Source of the DNA: Alphaproteobacteria bacterium
Lineage (GTDB): Bacteria > Pseudomonadota > Alphaproteobacteria > Rs-D84 > SZUA-605
Assembly (NCBI GenBank): GCA_031549385.1
Contig: JAVBPW010000001.1
Location: 96,001 to 160,000, forward strand
Length of the DNA: 64,000 nt
Direction of reading: 5' to 3'
Shown: positions 1 through 9,606 of the stretch, piece by piece
How positions within the stretch are numbered: the first letter of the stretch is position 1
Layout: each line of letters begins with the position of its first letter
Translations under genes and position numbers: made by a program
Notes under the pieces: generated by a model
Databases searched by the model: none
Told to the model about the DNA's origin: nothing
The model's input: the letters and a program-made list of their open reading frames with translations, nothing else

Positions 1-179
1 TAACTCCATTCTGCTTGAAGCAAATTATTTTCATTATAAAGTCTTGCATATTCTTTTATGTCGTGCTTAAGTTGTCTTTCGTGATATGTAATTGAATTTT
101 GTAATACGAAAACAATTATTAACAATAATATTGTTATTGCTATTAATAAATAATAAAAAATAGTTGCTTTCTTTTCCAT
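1..179 (-). CDS. ftsL: cell division protein FtsL (partial, runs off window start)
   Basis: Manual translation MEKKATIFYYLLIAITILLLIIVFVLQ...NNLLQAEWS: one TM helix, coiled coil, alphaproteobacterial LxAEWS motif; ATG overlaps the rsmH stop (TAATG); mraZ-rsmH-ftsL synteny. Confidence 0.8.
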   Translation of the reverse strand, partial: MEKKATIFYYLLIAITILLLIIVFVLQNSITYHERQLKHDIKEYARLYNENNLLQAEWS

Positions 180-1126
180 TATATTTCCTTCTTTTTAATA
201 GCTCTTAATCTTGCTGAGCGACTTCTTTGATTTTGACTGATTTCTTTGTCTGATGGTTTGATTGCTGAATTAGTTAGCAATATAAAATTCTTTACTTCTT
301 CTTTTGTTGTCGGCGCATAGCGAGATACTGATTTTTGTTTTGAAAGGTCGTTAAACGTATCTTTTACTAATCTGTCTTCCAATGAATGAAATGATACTAC
401 TGCAAAAATCCCATTTTTATTTAATGTTTCAGGAACAGTTTTTAAAACTTCTTCAAGCTGACCTAGCTCATCATTAATAAAAATTCTTATAGCTTGAAAA
501 ATTCTTGCTGCTGATTTTCCATTTCTTGCTGTTTGATCTATTATTGTTTTTAATTCTGAAGTTGTCTTAATTGGCTTTTGAGCTCTGAGTTTTACTATAC
601 GGTTTGCTATCATCTTAGATAATGGTTCTTCACCATATTTTTTAAATATATCATAAAGATCAGATGCATCAAATTCATTTACTACTTCATAAGCTGAAAT
701 TTCATTTTTTCCCATTCTCATATCTAATGGTCCATCATTTTGATATGAAAAACCACGATGAGCTTGGTCAATTTGCATTGATGATAAACCTAAATCAAGA
801 ACTACATAGTCTGGATTTTTTACATAATCAGCAATTGTTGAAAAAGTGTCGTTTATAAATACAAATCTGTCTTTATATTTTTCTTTGAATTTTTTTGCCT
901 GAGGAATTACTGTTTCATCTCTGTCAAATGCATATAGTTTTGCTTTTGGAAAAGTTTCTAATAATTCTTTTGAATAACCGCCATTACCAAATGTTCCATC
1001 AACTATTATCTTTGGATTATTTGTTGCTAAATTAATAACTTCTTTTAATAAAACAGGAATATGGCAACTTTGCTCTGTGCCAGTTGATTGTTCTTTTTCA
1101 TTAAAAACAATTTTTGATTTTTTCAT
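179..1126 (-). CDS. rsmH: 16S rRNA m4C1402 methyltransferase RsmH
   Basis: HIPVLLKEV, DGTFGNGGYS, DLGLSSMQID, GPLDMRM, SFHSLEDRLVK, RSRSARLR motifs. Confidence 0.97.
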   Translation of the reverse strand: MKKSKIVFNEKEQSTGTEQSCHIPVLLKEVINLATNNPKIIVDGTFGNGGYSKELLETFPKAKLYAFDRDETVIPQAKKFKEKYKDRFVFINDTFSTIADYVKNPDYVVLDLGLSSMQIDQAHRGFSYQNDGPLDMRMGKNEISAYEVVNEFDASDLYDIFKKYGEEPLSKMIANRIVKLRAQKPIKTTSELKTIIDQTARNGKSAARIFQAIRIFINDELGQLEEVLKTVPETLNKNGIFAVVSFHSLEDRLVKDTFNDLSKQKSVSRYAPTTKEEVKNFILLTNSAIKPSDKEISQNQRSRSARLRAIKKKEI

Positions 1127-1160
1127 TTCGCCTTATTATACCAAAAAACTTAACTTTGGT

Positions 1161-1613
1161 CTAGTTATTTATCTTTAAAGTAGGTCTATTTTTTAAGGCA
1201 TCAGCACGTAATTCATCTTGATATTTTTTAAACACAGAAGGTTCCCAGATTTGGAATGTTTTTCCACATCCTACAAAACATGCTTCTTTTTTAATTCCTG
1301 CATATTCTAACAAGTCAGCTGGAATACTTATTCTTCCTGCTGAATCTACTCCTAATTGTCTTGCATCTGCAAATATTAATGAGTTAATAGAATTTTGATC
1401 TTTTGAAAAAATATCTAAATTATCTGATGCGTCTGATAATAATTCCATACGTGATGTTGAACATCCTTCTATACATTTGTTTGTAAATGAACGATATAAT
1501 ACTACTGTTTGATTTACTTGATTTTGTGATAATTGACTACGAAAAGTAGATGGCATCGAAACTCTTCCTTGATGACCTATCAAATTTGTAAAAACAGATA
1601 AAAATAAACTCAC
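1161..1613 (-). CDS. mraZ: division/cell wall cluster transcriptional repressor MraZ
   Basis: GRVSMPSTFR and DSAGRISIP repeats, GCGKTFQIW; directly upstream of rsmH; GTG start. Confidence 0.93.
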   Translation of the reverse strand: MSLFLSVFTNLIGHQGRVSMPSTFRSQLSQNQVNQTVVLYRSFTNKCIEGCSTSRMELLSDASDNLDIFSKDQNSINSLIFADARQLGVDSAGRISIPADLLEYAGIKKEACFVGCGKTFQIWEPSVFKKYQDELRADALKNRPTLKINN

Positions 1614-1690
1614 GTACTTTCCTTTTTTTATTTTTTCTTACTACTTTTTATAATGAAATTTTAATGCAAGTCAATGACAAAATCAAATAT

Positions 1691-1720
1691 CTTTATGACT
1701 CTTTGTGACTCTTTTTACTT
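1691..1720 (-). promoter_or_regulatory. putative MraZ operator (10-bp periodic direct repeats)
   Basis: CTTTATGACT CTTTGTGACT CTTTTTACTT, 10-nt period, just upstream of mraZ. Confidence 0.5.
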
Positions 1721-1850
1721 TTTTTAAGTATTTTTGATGAAAAAATGAAGAAAAATGCAAAAAAAGATTTTTTATACTTGACATGCGAATCGGAATCATT
1801 ATTAAAATAGATATACCGAGTCGCAAAAACTCAAAAAAGGAGAAGGGAAA

Positions 1851-2189
1851 ATGGAAAAGAAACAAAATATGACAGAACTTATGAGAACAATTGATTTAGT
1901 ATTAGATAAAGTTGTTTGGGTAAATAATAATGGAGATATGGTATCACTTAAAGATTTGTTACATGTAACAAACAAAGATGGATCTGCTCGTAATATAGAA
2001 GATTTAGAAAGACCTGACTTAATTGGTGCTTTCACATCTCTTCAAATCAGACACGAATTGTTTTCTGTAAAAATTGCTGATTTATCAAATGATGAAATGG
2101 CTGCTAAAATTAAAGATCTAGTTTTCTTTGAAACAAAAGCAATACTTGAAAAAGCAGATGTTGCTGTTGTTGATGAAAAAGTTGCTTAA
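1851..2189 (+). CDS. hypothetical protein (112 aa)
   Basis: SD (AAGGAG/AAGGG), TTGACA at 1778-1783 upstream, terminator downstream. Confidence 0.8.
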   Translation: MEKKQNMTELMRTIDLVLDKVVWVNNNGDMVSLKDLLHVTNKDGSARNIEDLERPDLIGAFTSLQIRHELFSVKIADLSNDEMAAKIKDLVFFETKAILEKADVAVVDEKVA

Positions 2190-2215
2190 ACTTTAATATA
2201 TAAATCTTTCTACTC

Positions 2216-2250
2216 AAAAAAGCCTTGCGAAAGCGAGGTTTTTTCTTTTT
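2216..2250 (+). terminator. intrinsic terminator
   Basis: GCCTTGC-GAAA-GCGAGGT stem with T-tract. Confidence 0.75.
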
Positions 2251-2413
2251 ATAAATTAGATGATTAATGAATTATCTTAGCGTGGATTTATAAAAAAATC
2301 AATAAAAGATTCAACTATTTAGTGTTGTAATATTTTGAAGTAAATTTTTACTAGATTTATTTTTTTTCGGGTTTATTATCGTATTTATGGCTAATTTAAA
2401 AAAGGAGATAACC

Positions 2414-3262
2414 ATGAAAAAAATTTTACTATCAACTATCGCTACATTAGCAGTATGTGGATCAGCTATGGCTGCTGACAGAGTATCAGTACTTGACCCA
2501 ACATACCGTGCAAAAGAAGGTGTTGTTGCTGCTAATTTTGATGTATTCTTAAGAACAGGAGAAACAAAATCTGGCGATCATATGACAAACATATCTGCTT
2601 CTACATGGGAAGTTGGAGATGCTAACTTTGCTTATGGATTAACAGATCGTTGGATGTTAACAGCTAAAGTTGCTGGTAATAATGTAAATGCTCTTGCTGT
2701 ACTTAATCCTGCTTATAATGATGGAAATGCACAAATCGGAATTGATTACCAAGTATTACCAGGAAAAGAATTTGGTATTAACTTATTTGGTAAATTAGGT
2801 CTTGGTTTAACAAAAGATACAGCTGCTGGTGGAGTAAGCATTCCTTTAGAACGTAATGATGTTACATTTGGTGCTAAATTCTTTGGAGCTTCTGGACAAT
2901 TTGCATGGGGCGTTACTGCTGCTGCTTATTATGCTTTAGAATCAGAACTTAAAACTCCTGCTAAAGTTACACTAGATGATAGAATGGATCTTTTATTATC
3001 TCTTGAAGCATTATATTCTTTGAACAAAGATTGGGCATTGAAAGCACAATTTGATTTAAGAATGTATGGAGAACAAGAAAGCAACACAGGTATGAATATA
3101 GATAGTTTTGAAGATATGGCTTTAACATTTGGTGCAGTTTATTCTGTAAAAAACGTTGCAATTATGCCTTATTTTAAATATCACTTTGAAAATGAACTTG
3201 GTAATGCTGATATGGGCGACGATTATTATCAAATTGGTATGAAAATTGGATTTGATTTCTAA
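2414..3262 (+). CDS. outer-membrane beta-barrel protein (porin-like)
   Basis: AGGAG SD before ATG 2414; signal peptide MKKILLSTIATLAVCGSAMA; alternating beta-strand pattern; C-terminal YQIGMKIGFDF BAM signal. Confidence 0.8.
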   Translation: MKKILLSTIATLAVCGSAMAADRVSVLDPTYRAKEGVVAANFDVFLRTGETKSGDHMTNISASTWEVGDANFAYGLTDRWMLTAKVAGNNVNALAVLNPAYNDGNAQIGIDYQVLPGKEFGINLFGKLGLGLTKDTAAGGVSIPLERNDVTFGAKFFGASGQFAWGVTAAAYYALESELKTPAKVTLDDRMDLLLSLEALYSLNKDWALKAQFDLRMYGEQESNTGMNIDSFEDMALTFGAVYSVKNVAIMPYFKYHFENELGNADMGDDYYQIGMKIGFDF

Positions 3263-3281
3263 TCTGAAATCAATGATAAAT

Positions 3282-3310
3282 AAAAATCCGGTTAAATGCC
3301 GGATTTTTTT
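3282..3310 (+). terminator. intrinsic terminator
   Basis: AAAAATCCGG-TTAAATG-CCGGATTTTTTT. Confidence 0.75.
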
Positions 3311-3342
3311 GTTTCGGGTAAAACCATTAATACTCAATATTT

Positions 3343-3456
3343 AAAAAAGTGCCTTTTAGGCACTTTAATTTTATACTTGTTACAGGATGTCCTCAATGCT
3401 TTGCATCTGCGGGCTCCTCATACGAATTGAAAATTCTACTCGTCGGACAAACCTGT
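3343..3456 (-). repeat. degenerate duplicate of the tRNA-Lys 3' end plus terminator, with a ~60-bp structured insert in the T-loop
   Basis: GTTACAGGAT (3379-3388) and AACCTGT (3450-3456) match the tRNA T-arm; insert bounded by GTCC...GGAC; terminator AAAGTGCC..GGCACTTT (3343-3366) resembles the one at 3500-3527. Confidence 0.55.
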
Positions 3457-3529
3457 TCCTCGTAAGTACTTCGGGATATAAAACCTAAATCCCAATATTA
3501 AAAAAGGTGCCATAAAGGCACTTTTTTAA

Positions 3530-3605
3530 TGGTGGGCGTTACAGGATTCGAACCTGTGACCCATTGATTAAGAGTCAATTGCTCTACCAACTGAGCTAAA
3601 CGCCC
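3530..3605 (-). tRNA. tRNA-Lys(CTT)
   Basis: Reverse complement GGGCGTTTAGCTCAGTTGGTAGAGCAATTGACT-CTT-AATCAAT...GGTTCGAATCC...CGCCCACCA; 76 nt, encoded CCA. Confidence 0.97.
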
Positions 3606-3734
3606 CAATACGTTTTTAAGATGGTATGAGTTTATATGTATCGTAAAAAAAAATCAAGACAAAATAAATTCCTTGATTTTTAATCAGGTTTTGTCGATAA
3701 TTTCTTACTATATATTTAACCAAGGAGAAAACTT

Positions 3735-3953
3735 ATGAACATTACACCAAAAGAAATTGAACTTTTAACTCAATACATTCAAAAGAAATTTGGTAATAAA
3801 GACCTTCGCTTTGTTAAAGGTTTGTCTGAAGATTCTGTTGAACTCCTTTTAAAAGATGAATTCATTGGAACTATTTATAAAGATGATGACAACGGTGACG
3901 TTTCTTATGATTTAAATATTTCTATCTTAGATTTTGATTTGAAAAATTCATAA
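3735..3953 (+). CDS. DUF3126 family protein
   Basis: DSVE...DEFIGTIYKDDDNGDVSY...ILDFDL pattern typical of this alphaproteobacterial family; AGGAG SD. Confidence 0.8.
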   Translation: MNITPKEIELLTQYIQKKFGNKDLRFVKGLSEDSVELLLKDEFIGTIYKDDDNGDVSYDLNISILDFDLKNS

Positions 3954-4007
3954 CTTATGAAATTATTAAAAATAAGGTTTTTAACAATTTAACAAGTTTA
4001 ATAATAA
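3950..4007 (+). repeat. dispersed DnaA-box/trio-like palindromic element, copy 1
   Basis: ATAACTTATGAAATTATTAAAAA-TAAGG-TTTTTAACA-ATTTAACA-AGTTTAATAATAA; between convergent genes. Confidence 0.9.
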
Positions 4008-4031
4008 TTTTTTATTTTAATTTATTATTTT

Positions 4032-5042
4032 TTAAGATTTTAGTTCTTCAAGTGGCCAACGTGGTCGTGGAGTTGTATTTAATGAGCTAAATTGATTTAG
4101 CTTTGCATTTTCCAACCCAGCGACTGCTATCATTACACCATTGTCTGTACATAGCTTTGGGTCTGGAATATGAGTATCCACACCTAATTTATTTGCTACA
4201 TCTGTCAGAGTTTGTCTTAATTCAGAATTACGAGCTACCCCTCCTGATACAACTAATGTTTTTAAGCCTGTTTCTTTTAATGCTCTTTGAACTTTCTTTT
4301 CAAAACATTTACATAATGCAGATTGAAATGATGCACATAAATCATATTTGTCTTGTTCAGTTTTAATTTCACCTTTTGCAACTATATTTCTTACAGCACT
4401 TTTCATTCCTGAAAAAGAAAAATTACAATTGTCTTCATTAATTAATGGAAGAGGTAATTTAAATCTTTTACTATCACCCTGCTTTGCAAGTGCGTCAATT
4501 TTTCCGCCACCTGGATATTCATAGCCTAATAATTTTGCTACTTTATCAAATGCCTCCCCTGCTGCATCGTCAATTGTTGTTCCAAGAATTGTAAAATCAT
4601 TTGTGCCTTTTACTTCCAATATCTGACAATGACCCCCAGAAGTTAATACTAATAAAAAGGGATAGTTAGTATTATGAGTTAATCTGGACATTAATGCATG
4701 ACCTTGTAAATGATTTACTGCCATATATGGTTTACCAGTTGCATAGCAAATTGATTTTGCAAATGTTGTTCCTATTAATAAACCACCTATTAACCCTGGC
4801 CCTGAAGTTGCTGCTATTACATCTATATCTTCTAATTTTAAATTAGCTTGTTTTAGAGCCTCATTAAATAAAATGTCTATTTTTTCTATATGACTTCTTG
4901 AGGCAATTTCTGGAACTACCCCACCATATACTGAATGTAAATCAATTTGAGAATACAATACATTTGCTAAAATCTCATATTTATCGTTGATTATAGCAAT
5001 ACCTGTTTCGTCGCAACTTGTTTCTATACCTAATACTATCAT
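4032..5042 (-). CDS. tsaD: tRNA t6A37 threonylcarbamoyltransferase TsaD
   Basis: LGIETSCDET, GGVVPEIASRSH, GPGLIGGL, HLQGH, DDAAGEAFDK, CTDNGVMIA. Confidence 0.97.
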   Translation of the reverse strand: MIVLGIETSCDETGIAIINDKYEILANVLYSQIDLHSVYGGVVPEIASRSHIEKIDILFNEALKQANLKLEDIDVIAATSGPGLIGGLLIGTTFAKSICYATGKPYMAVNHLQGHALMSRLTHNTNYPFLLVLTSGGHCQILEVKGTNDFTILGTTIDDAAGEAFDKVAKLLGYEYPGGGKIDALAKQGDSKRFKLPLPLINEDNCNFSFSGMKSAVRNIVAKGEIKTEQDKYDLCASFQSALCKCFEKKVQRALKETGLKTLVVSGGVARNSELRQTLTDVANKLGVDTHIPDPKLCTDNGVMIAVAGLENAKLNQFSSLNTTPRPRWPLEELKS

Positions 5043-5130
5043 GCAAAGTCTTTTAACAAATCTTTTAGAATTTCACAAGAGAAAAGTTTTTCCTTTATTT
5101 AATTGTTATTTTGCTTTATAATTTGTTCTT

Positions 5131-5805
5131 ATGACAATGTTTATTAACGAATTTGATATTATCCTTTTTTTAGTAGTTCTTATTACAGCATTCTTTGGAT
5201 ATAAAAGAGGCTTTTCAAGAGAAACACTTTCTATTGGTGCTTGGATACTTGCTATTATTACTACTAATTTTTTTGCACCACATTTAAGAGATTTGTTAAT
5301 TAAATCTTTTGAACTGTCTGATATACTTTGTGCCCTTATTGCATATTTTGTTATTTTTTTAATTTTTATTGTTATTTTTTCTTACTTTGTAAAAAAAGCA
5401 TCAATCATATTACATAAAACAGAATTTAAATCTATTGATCAGGGATTAGGATTTTTATTTGGAATTATTAAAGGAATTGCTTTTTGCTGTTTGATTTATA
5501 TTTTTATGATTTGGTTAATACCTATAAAAGAAAAACGTCCTGACTGGTTCAATAATGCAAGGTCAGAACCATTTTTGAAAATAGCTTCAGAATCATTGGA
5601 AACTTTACTTATTCCTGATACTAAGAATTCTATTCTACGAAAAGAAAAACCTTCTAAACTTGATCTTTTAAATAATAATGATTCATATGAATTATTATTG
5701 AAACCTGCTATTAAAAATAAAGGCGATCAAAACTCTGATAAAGTTGGATATACTTCTGAAGAGCGAAAGAGTTTAGAAAAAGTTCTTTTCCAAATAGCTA
5801 ACTAA
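5131..5805 (+). CDS. cvpA: CvpA family (colicin V production) membrane protein
   Basis: GYKRGFSRE and DQGLGFLFGIIKG motifs, four TM helices. Confidence 0.85.
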   Translation: MTMFINEFDIILFLVVLITAFFGYKRGFSRETLSIGAWILAIITTNFFAPHLRDLLIKSFELSDILCALIAYFVIFLIFIVIFSYFVKKASIILHKTEFKSIDQGLGFLFGIIKGIAFCCLIYIFMIWLIPIKEKRPDWFNNARSEPFLKIASESLETLLIPDTKNSILRKEKPSKLDLLNNNDSYELLLKPAIKNKGDQNSDKVGYTSEERKSLEKVLFQIAN

Positions 5806-5890
5806 TCTGTTTTACATTTAATTTTTTGTTAAAAAGTCTTGTATAAAGACTATTTTTGAGGTATAATTGATGCCATAGGAGAGGTCTTTA

Positions 5891-7081
5891 ATGAAGAAAT
5901 TATTTTTGTTAGCTTTCGCTGTTGTGTTCTCAGCTTGCTTTTTTGTATCGCAACAATCTTACGCTCAAGCTGTGAGAGGACATTCTGTTTATAACAAAAC
6001 TAGACCTACTGGAACTGGAAAAAATCCTTATTATTTTACTCGAACAAGAAAAGCTATGTCTTTTAGTAAAGATGATTGCGAATATGAAATAAAACTTTGT
6101 TTGGATGAATATTGCTATGACGAATTTGACGGATATAAAAATTGCCGTGATAAAAATATAGAAGAATTTAATCAAGTTATTGATAGCTGCTTTACTGGTA
6201 TGCCTTCAGCAGTTTTGCGTGATACTTACAGAAATCAATGTAAATCTTATATTGTTTCTGGGGTTAATTCTTATGTAAAACAAATGAAACAATTCTTGAA
6301 TTACCAAACAACTATGAAAGAATGCGATAATGCAAAAGATATGGTGCGAGCTGCTCAAGCTTGTTATGGAATTGCTATTACTAAAGGTGCTAATTCTTGG
6401 AATAAAGATTTAAGAAATACTCTTGATCTTGCTTGTGGAAGTTCTGTAGCTGGTGGTTCTGATATTATGGTTGAAGAATTCTTCAGTGCTGGATACATGG
6501 GTACTGATGGAGCTGGTTGGTTAGCAAATTTTGGTATGCTTAACTTTACTTCAAAGAAAAATGGATGGGAAAAAGTTATTGATGCTATTTTAGCTAGATA
6601 TATTGATATCAAAAAGACAGAATGTGGCGAAGGAGAATATGATGTTTCTCAAGTTGGACAAGCCGCTTCTCAATTACAATCTCAAGGTGACGCTCTTCGA
6701 GTTGGAGTTGCTGCTGGAATAGTTGCTAATGTTGCTGAAAAACAACAAGAAAAGCAAGTAATTGAAGAAGCTTCTGTAATCTATCTTGACCTTGTTGGTA
6801 AAATATCTGGATATACTCATGAAGATTTGAAGATTGCTTTACAAAACTATAAGAGTAACACAAATATACTTGGTAACCCTGCTGTTATTATTGATTACCT
6901 AAAAGGTAGTGCTGCTAAGATTAAAGAAGGCACATTAATTGCTGTTAAGACAGAATCTGGATGCTATGCATATAGAGTTAATGATGCACGCGCTTCTTCC
7001 TTGACAAAGTTGGGAACTGATAATATTAATAAATATACAGCTTCTAACCCACAATTGAAAGCTGCTTTGAATTGTAAGTAA
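5891..7081 (+). CDS. secreted cysteine-rich hypothetical protein
   Basis: GGAGAGG SD; signal peptide ending SYAQA; many spaced Cys. Confidence 0.8.
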   Translation: MKKLFLLAFAVVFSACFFVSQQSYAQAVRGHSVYNKTRPTGTGKNPYYFTRTRKAMSFSKDDCEYEIKLCLDEYCYDEFDGYKNCRDKNIEEFNQVIDSCFTGMPSAVLRDTYRNQCKSYIVSGVNSYVKQMKQFLNYQTTMKECDNAKDMVRAAQACYGIAITKGANSWNKDLRNTLDLACGSSVAGGSDIMVEEFFSAGYMGTDGAGWLANFGMLNFTSKKNGWEKVIDAILARYIDIKKTECGEGEYDVSQVGQAASQLQSQGDALRVGVAAGIVANVAEKQQEKQVIEEASVIYLDLVGKISGYTHEDLKIALQNYKSNTNILGNPAVIIDYLKGSAAKIKEGTLIAVKTESGCYAYRVNDARASSLTKLGTDNINKYTASNPQLKAALNCK

Positions 7082-7094
7082 AGGATAGTTTTTT

Positions 7095-8166
7095 ATGTAC
7101 GATATTAAAATTCAGATTGATGAAATCAAGAATAACCTAGATATCATTGCGAGGTATCTTTGATATTCCTTCGTTGGAAAATCGACTTTTGGAAATAAAC
7201 AAACAAGTGGAAAATCCTAAATTTTGGGATGATAATGCTCTTGCTTCTTCAACATTAAAAGAAAAAAAATCAATAGAAGATAAATTAACAAGCTATAAAT
7301 TAGCTTTTGAATCTTTAAAAAATTTACATGAAATGTATGATTTTTTACAAAACCAGAACGACTTATCATTAATTGATGAACTTGATAAACAAGTTAAAAA
7401 AGATTTAAAAAATTCTGAATTGTTAAAAATCCAAGTTAAGTTTGTTGATGAAATAGATAAATCAGGATGCTATCTTGAAATTCATAGCGGTGCTGGTGGT
7501 ACTGAGGCTTGCGATTGGGCTAATATGATTAAAGATATGTATATTAATTTTGCTAATAAACGTGGATTTAAATTAGAAATTGTTGATGAACTTGATGGAG
7601 ATGTTGCTGGAATAAAATCTGCTACATTACAAATCGACGGAATGTATGCTTATGGATGGTTGAAAAATGAAAGCGGAGTTCATAGATTAGTTCGAATTTC
7701 TCCTTTTGATTCTACTGGTAAACGTCATACCTCTTTTGCTTCTGTTTGGGTTTATCCTATTGTTGATGATAGTATTAATATTGAAATAAATGAAAAAGAT
7801 TTAAGAATTGATACTTATAGAGCATCGGGGGCTGGTGGGCAACATATTAATAAAACTGATAGCGCTGTTAGAATTACTCATATTCCTACAAACACTATTG
7901 TGCAATGCCAAAGTGAGAGGTCTCAACATAAAAATAAAGATATGGCTATGAAAATGTTGAAAAGTAAATTGTATGAACTTCAACTTCAAGAAAAACAAGC
8001 TGAACTTGATAAACAAAATGCAACCAAGAACAAAATAGAATGGGGTTCTCAAATAAGGTCTTATGTTATGCAACCTTATACAAAAGTTAAAGATTTAAGA
8101 ACTGATATTGAAACTCCTGATGTTGATTCTGTACTTGCTGGAGATCTTGAAGTATTTATAAATTAA
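7095..8166 (+). CDS. prfB: peptide chain release factor 2, +1 programmed frameshift
   Basis: ORF1 MYDIKIQ...ARYL ends at CTT-TGA (7158-7163) preceded by SD-like GAGG; the +1 frame carries SPF and GGQ motifs. Confidence 0.96.
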
Positions 8167-8255
8167 CTATATTTTTATTGGTTAATTTTTCAATTGTGTT
8201 TTCTTTTTGAATAGTTTAAAATATTATTAGAAATATAAAAAGGGTGAGGAAGGCT

Positions 8256-8960
8256 ATGAAAAAGTTACTATCTGTAATGGCAATTTTATTACTTTCAGCT
8301 TGTATGAATAATTCAAGTGAAGAAAAGAAATCTTTTGCTATGTATGATGAACCAAATGGACCAAAAACAATTGAAGCTCAACAAAAAGCTCAAGGTATTA
8401 CAACTACTACAAATGAAAGCGGTGAGAAAGTTCAACAAGTTGACCCAAATCAAGCAGCTCTTTATGGAGACCAATACTTAAGCCGTGATACTTTGTATAT
8501 GATTGATAAATCATTCAAGTATGATTCTTGGAATGAATCAAGAACTTTTACAGAAGCTGAAAAAGAAGCTTTGGCAGAAAAATGGAAAGAAAGTAAAATT
8601 ACTACAAAATATCATTATTATCATGGTAATGTTATAAAAGTTGATACTTTGAAAAGTGCAAGAGATTTACGTGAAATGAGATTACGTTTTTATTATGGTG
8701 AAAATGATGGTTTTAATGATGGCGATATAAATCATGTTCTTTCTAATGTTGCTCAAAATATAGTTAAAGAAACTTGCGGACGCGGTGCTGTGGATGCTTT
8801 AATTGTTTATGACAGACCAAGTGCTGATATAAGAAAACCAACTGCTTTTTATAGATATCAAGTTATGGAAACAGGAGTTGCTGTTAGAGAGTTTGGATTT
8901 AGATGTATGTATCCTGGAACTCATATTGGTGGCGAAATAACTTGTGCAGATTTTAAATAA
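8256..8960 (+). CDS. putative lipoprotein
   Basis: MKKLLSVMAILLLSAC lipobox; GAGGA SD. Confidence 0.8.
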   Translation: MKKLLSVMAILLLSACMNNSSEEKKSFAMYDEPNGPKTIEAQQKAQGITTTTNESGEKVQQVDPNQAALYGDQYLSRDTLYMIDKSFKYDSWNESRTFTEAEKEALAEKWKESKITTKYHYYHGNVIKVDTLKSARDLREMRLRFYYGENDGFNDGDINHVLSNVAQNIVKETCGRGAVDALIVYDRPSADIRKPTAFYRYQVMETGVAVREFGFRCMYPGTHIGGEITCADFK

Positions 8961-8970
8961 AGTAGTAGAT

Positions 8971-9606
8971 ATGAACAAAATTAAATCAATTGCTGTTTTT
9001 TGCAGCGCTAGTTTTGATGACAGAAAATCACAATATTATATTCAAACTTTAGAAGTTGGAAAGAGAATTGGCCAAGGCAGATTCCGTTTAGTTTATGGCG
9101 GATCTGAAACTGGTCTTATGGGAGCTGTAGCTCGTTCTGCTTTAAAGAATGGAGCTAAGGTGTTAGGAGTAACTACTCCAGAAGTTCTTAGCTTAGAGAG
9201 ACCTTTAAAAGGTACTAAAGTTGAATTAGTAAAAACTCTACAAGAAAGAAAACGAATGATGATACAAGAAGCTGATGCCTTTATTATACTTGGTGGCGGA
9301 ATCGGTACTATTGATGAAGTTTTTGACGTTCTTGTTGGACAGCAAATTAATGAACATAAGAAACCTATGTTTCTCGTAAATACTAATAATTTTTTTGTTC
9401 CATTGGTTAATTATGTAACCTTTTTGTCAGAACAAGGCTTTTTGTCTTCTTTAACAATTAAAAGAATGAAAATAAACTTAGTAAAAGATGCTGCAGAAGC
9501 ATTTGAACAAATTTCAAAAATTAATAATAAAGGAAAAATAAATGGAAAAACATGTAAAGCAACCAAAACAATCAACACTAAAACCAAGAAACAAAAAGCG
9601 TATTAA
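8971..9606 (+). CDS. LOG family (TIGR00730) nucleotide phosphoribohydrolase
   Basis: LVYGG..GLMGAVA, ERKRMM...ADAFIILGGGIGTIDE motifs. Confidence 0.9.
   Translation: MNKIKSIAVFCSASFDDRKSQYYIQTLEVGKRIGQGRFRLVYGGSETGLMGAVARSALKNGAKVLGVTTPEVLSLERPLKGTKVELVKTLQERKRMMIQEADAFIILGGGIGTIDEVFDVLVGQQINEHKKPMFLVNTNNFFVPLVNYVTFLSEQGFLSSLTIKRMKINLVKDAAEAFEQISKINNKGKINGKTCKATKTINTKTKKQKAY

Noticed and set aside
7147-8166. prfB as a truncated gene or pseudogene starting at TTG 7147
   Set aside because: Explained by the programmed +1 frameshift from ATG 7095
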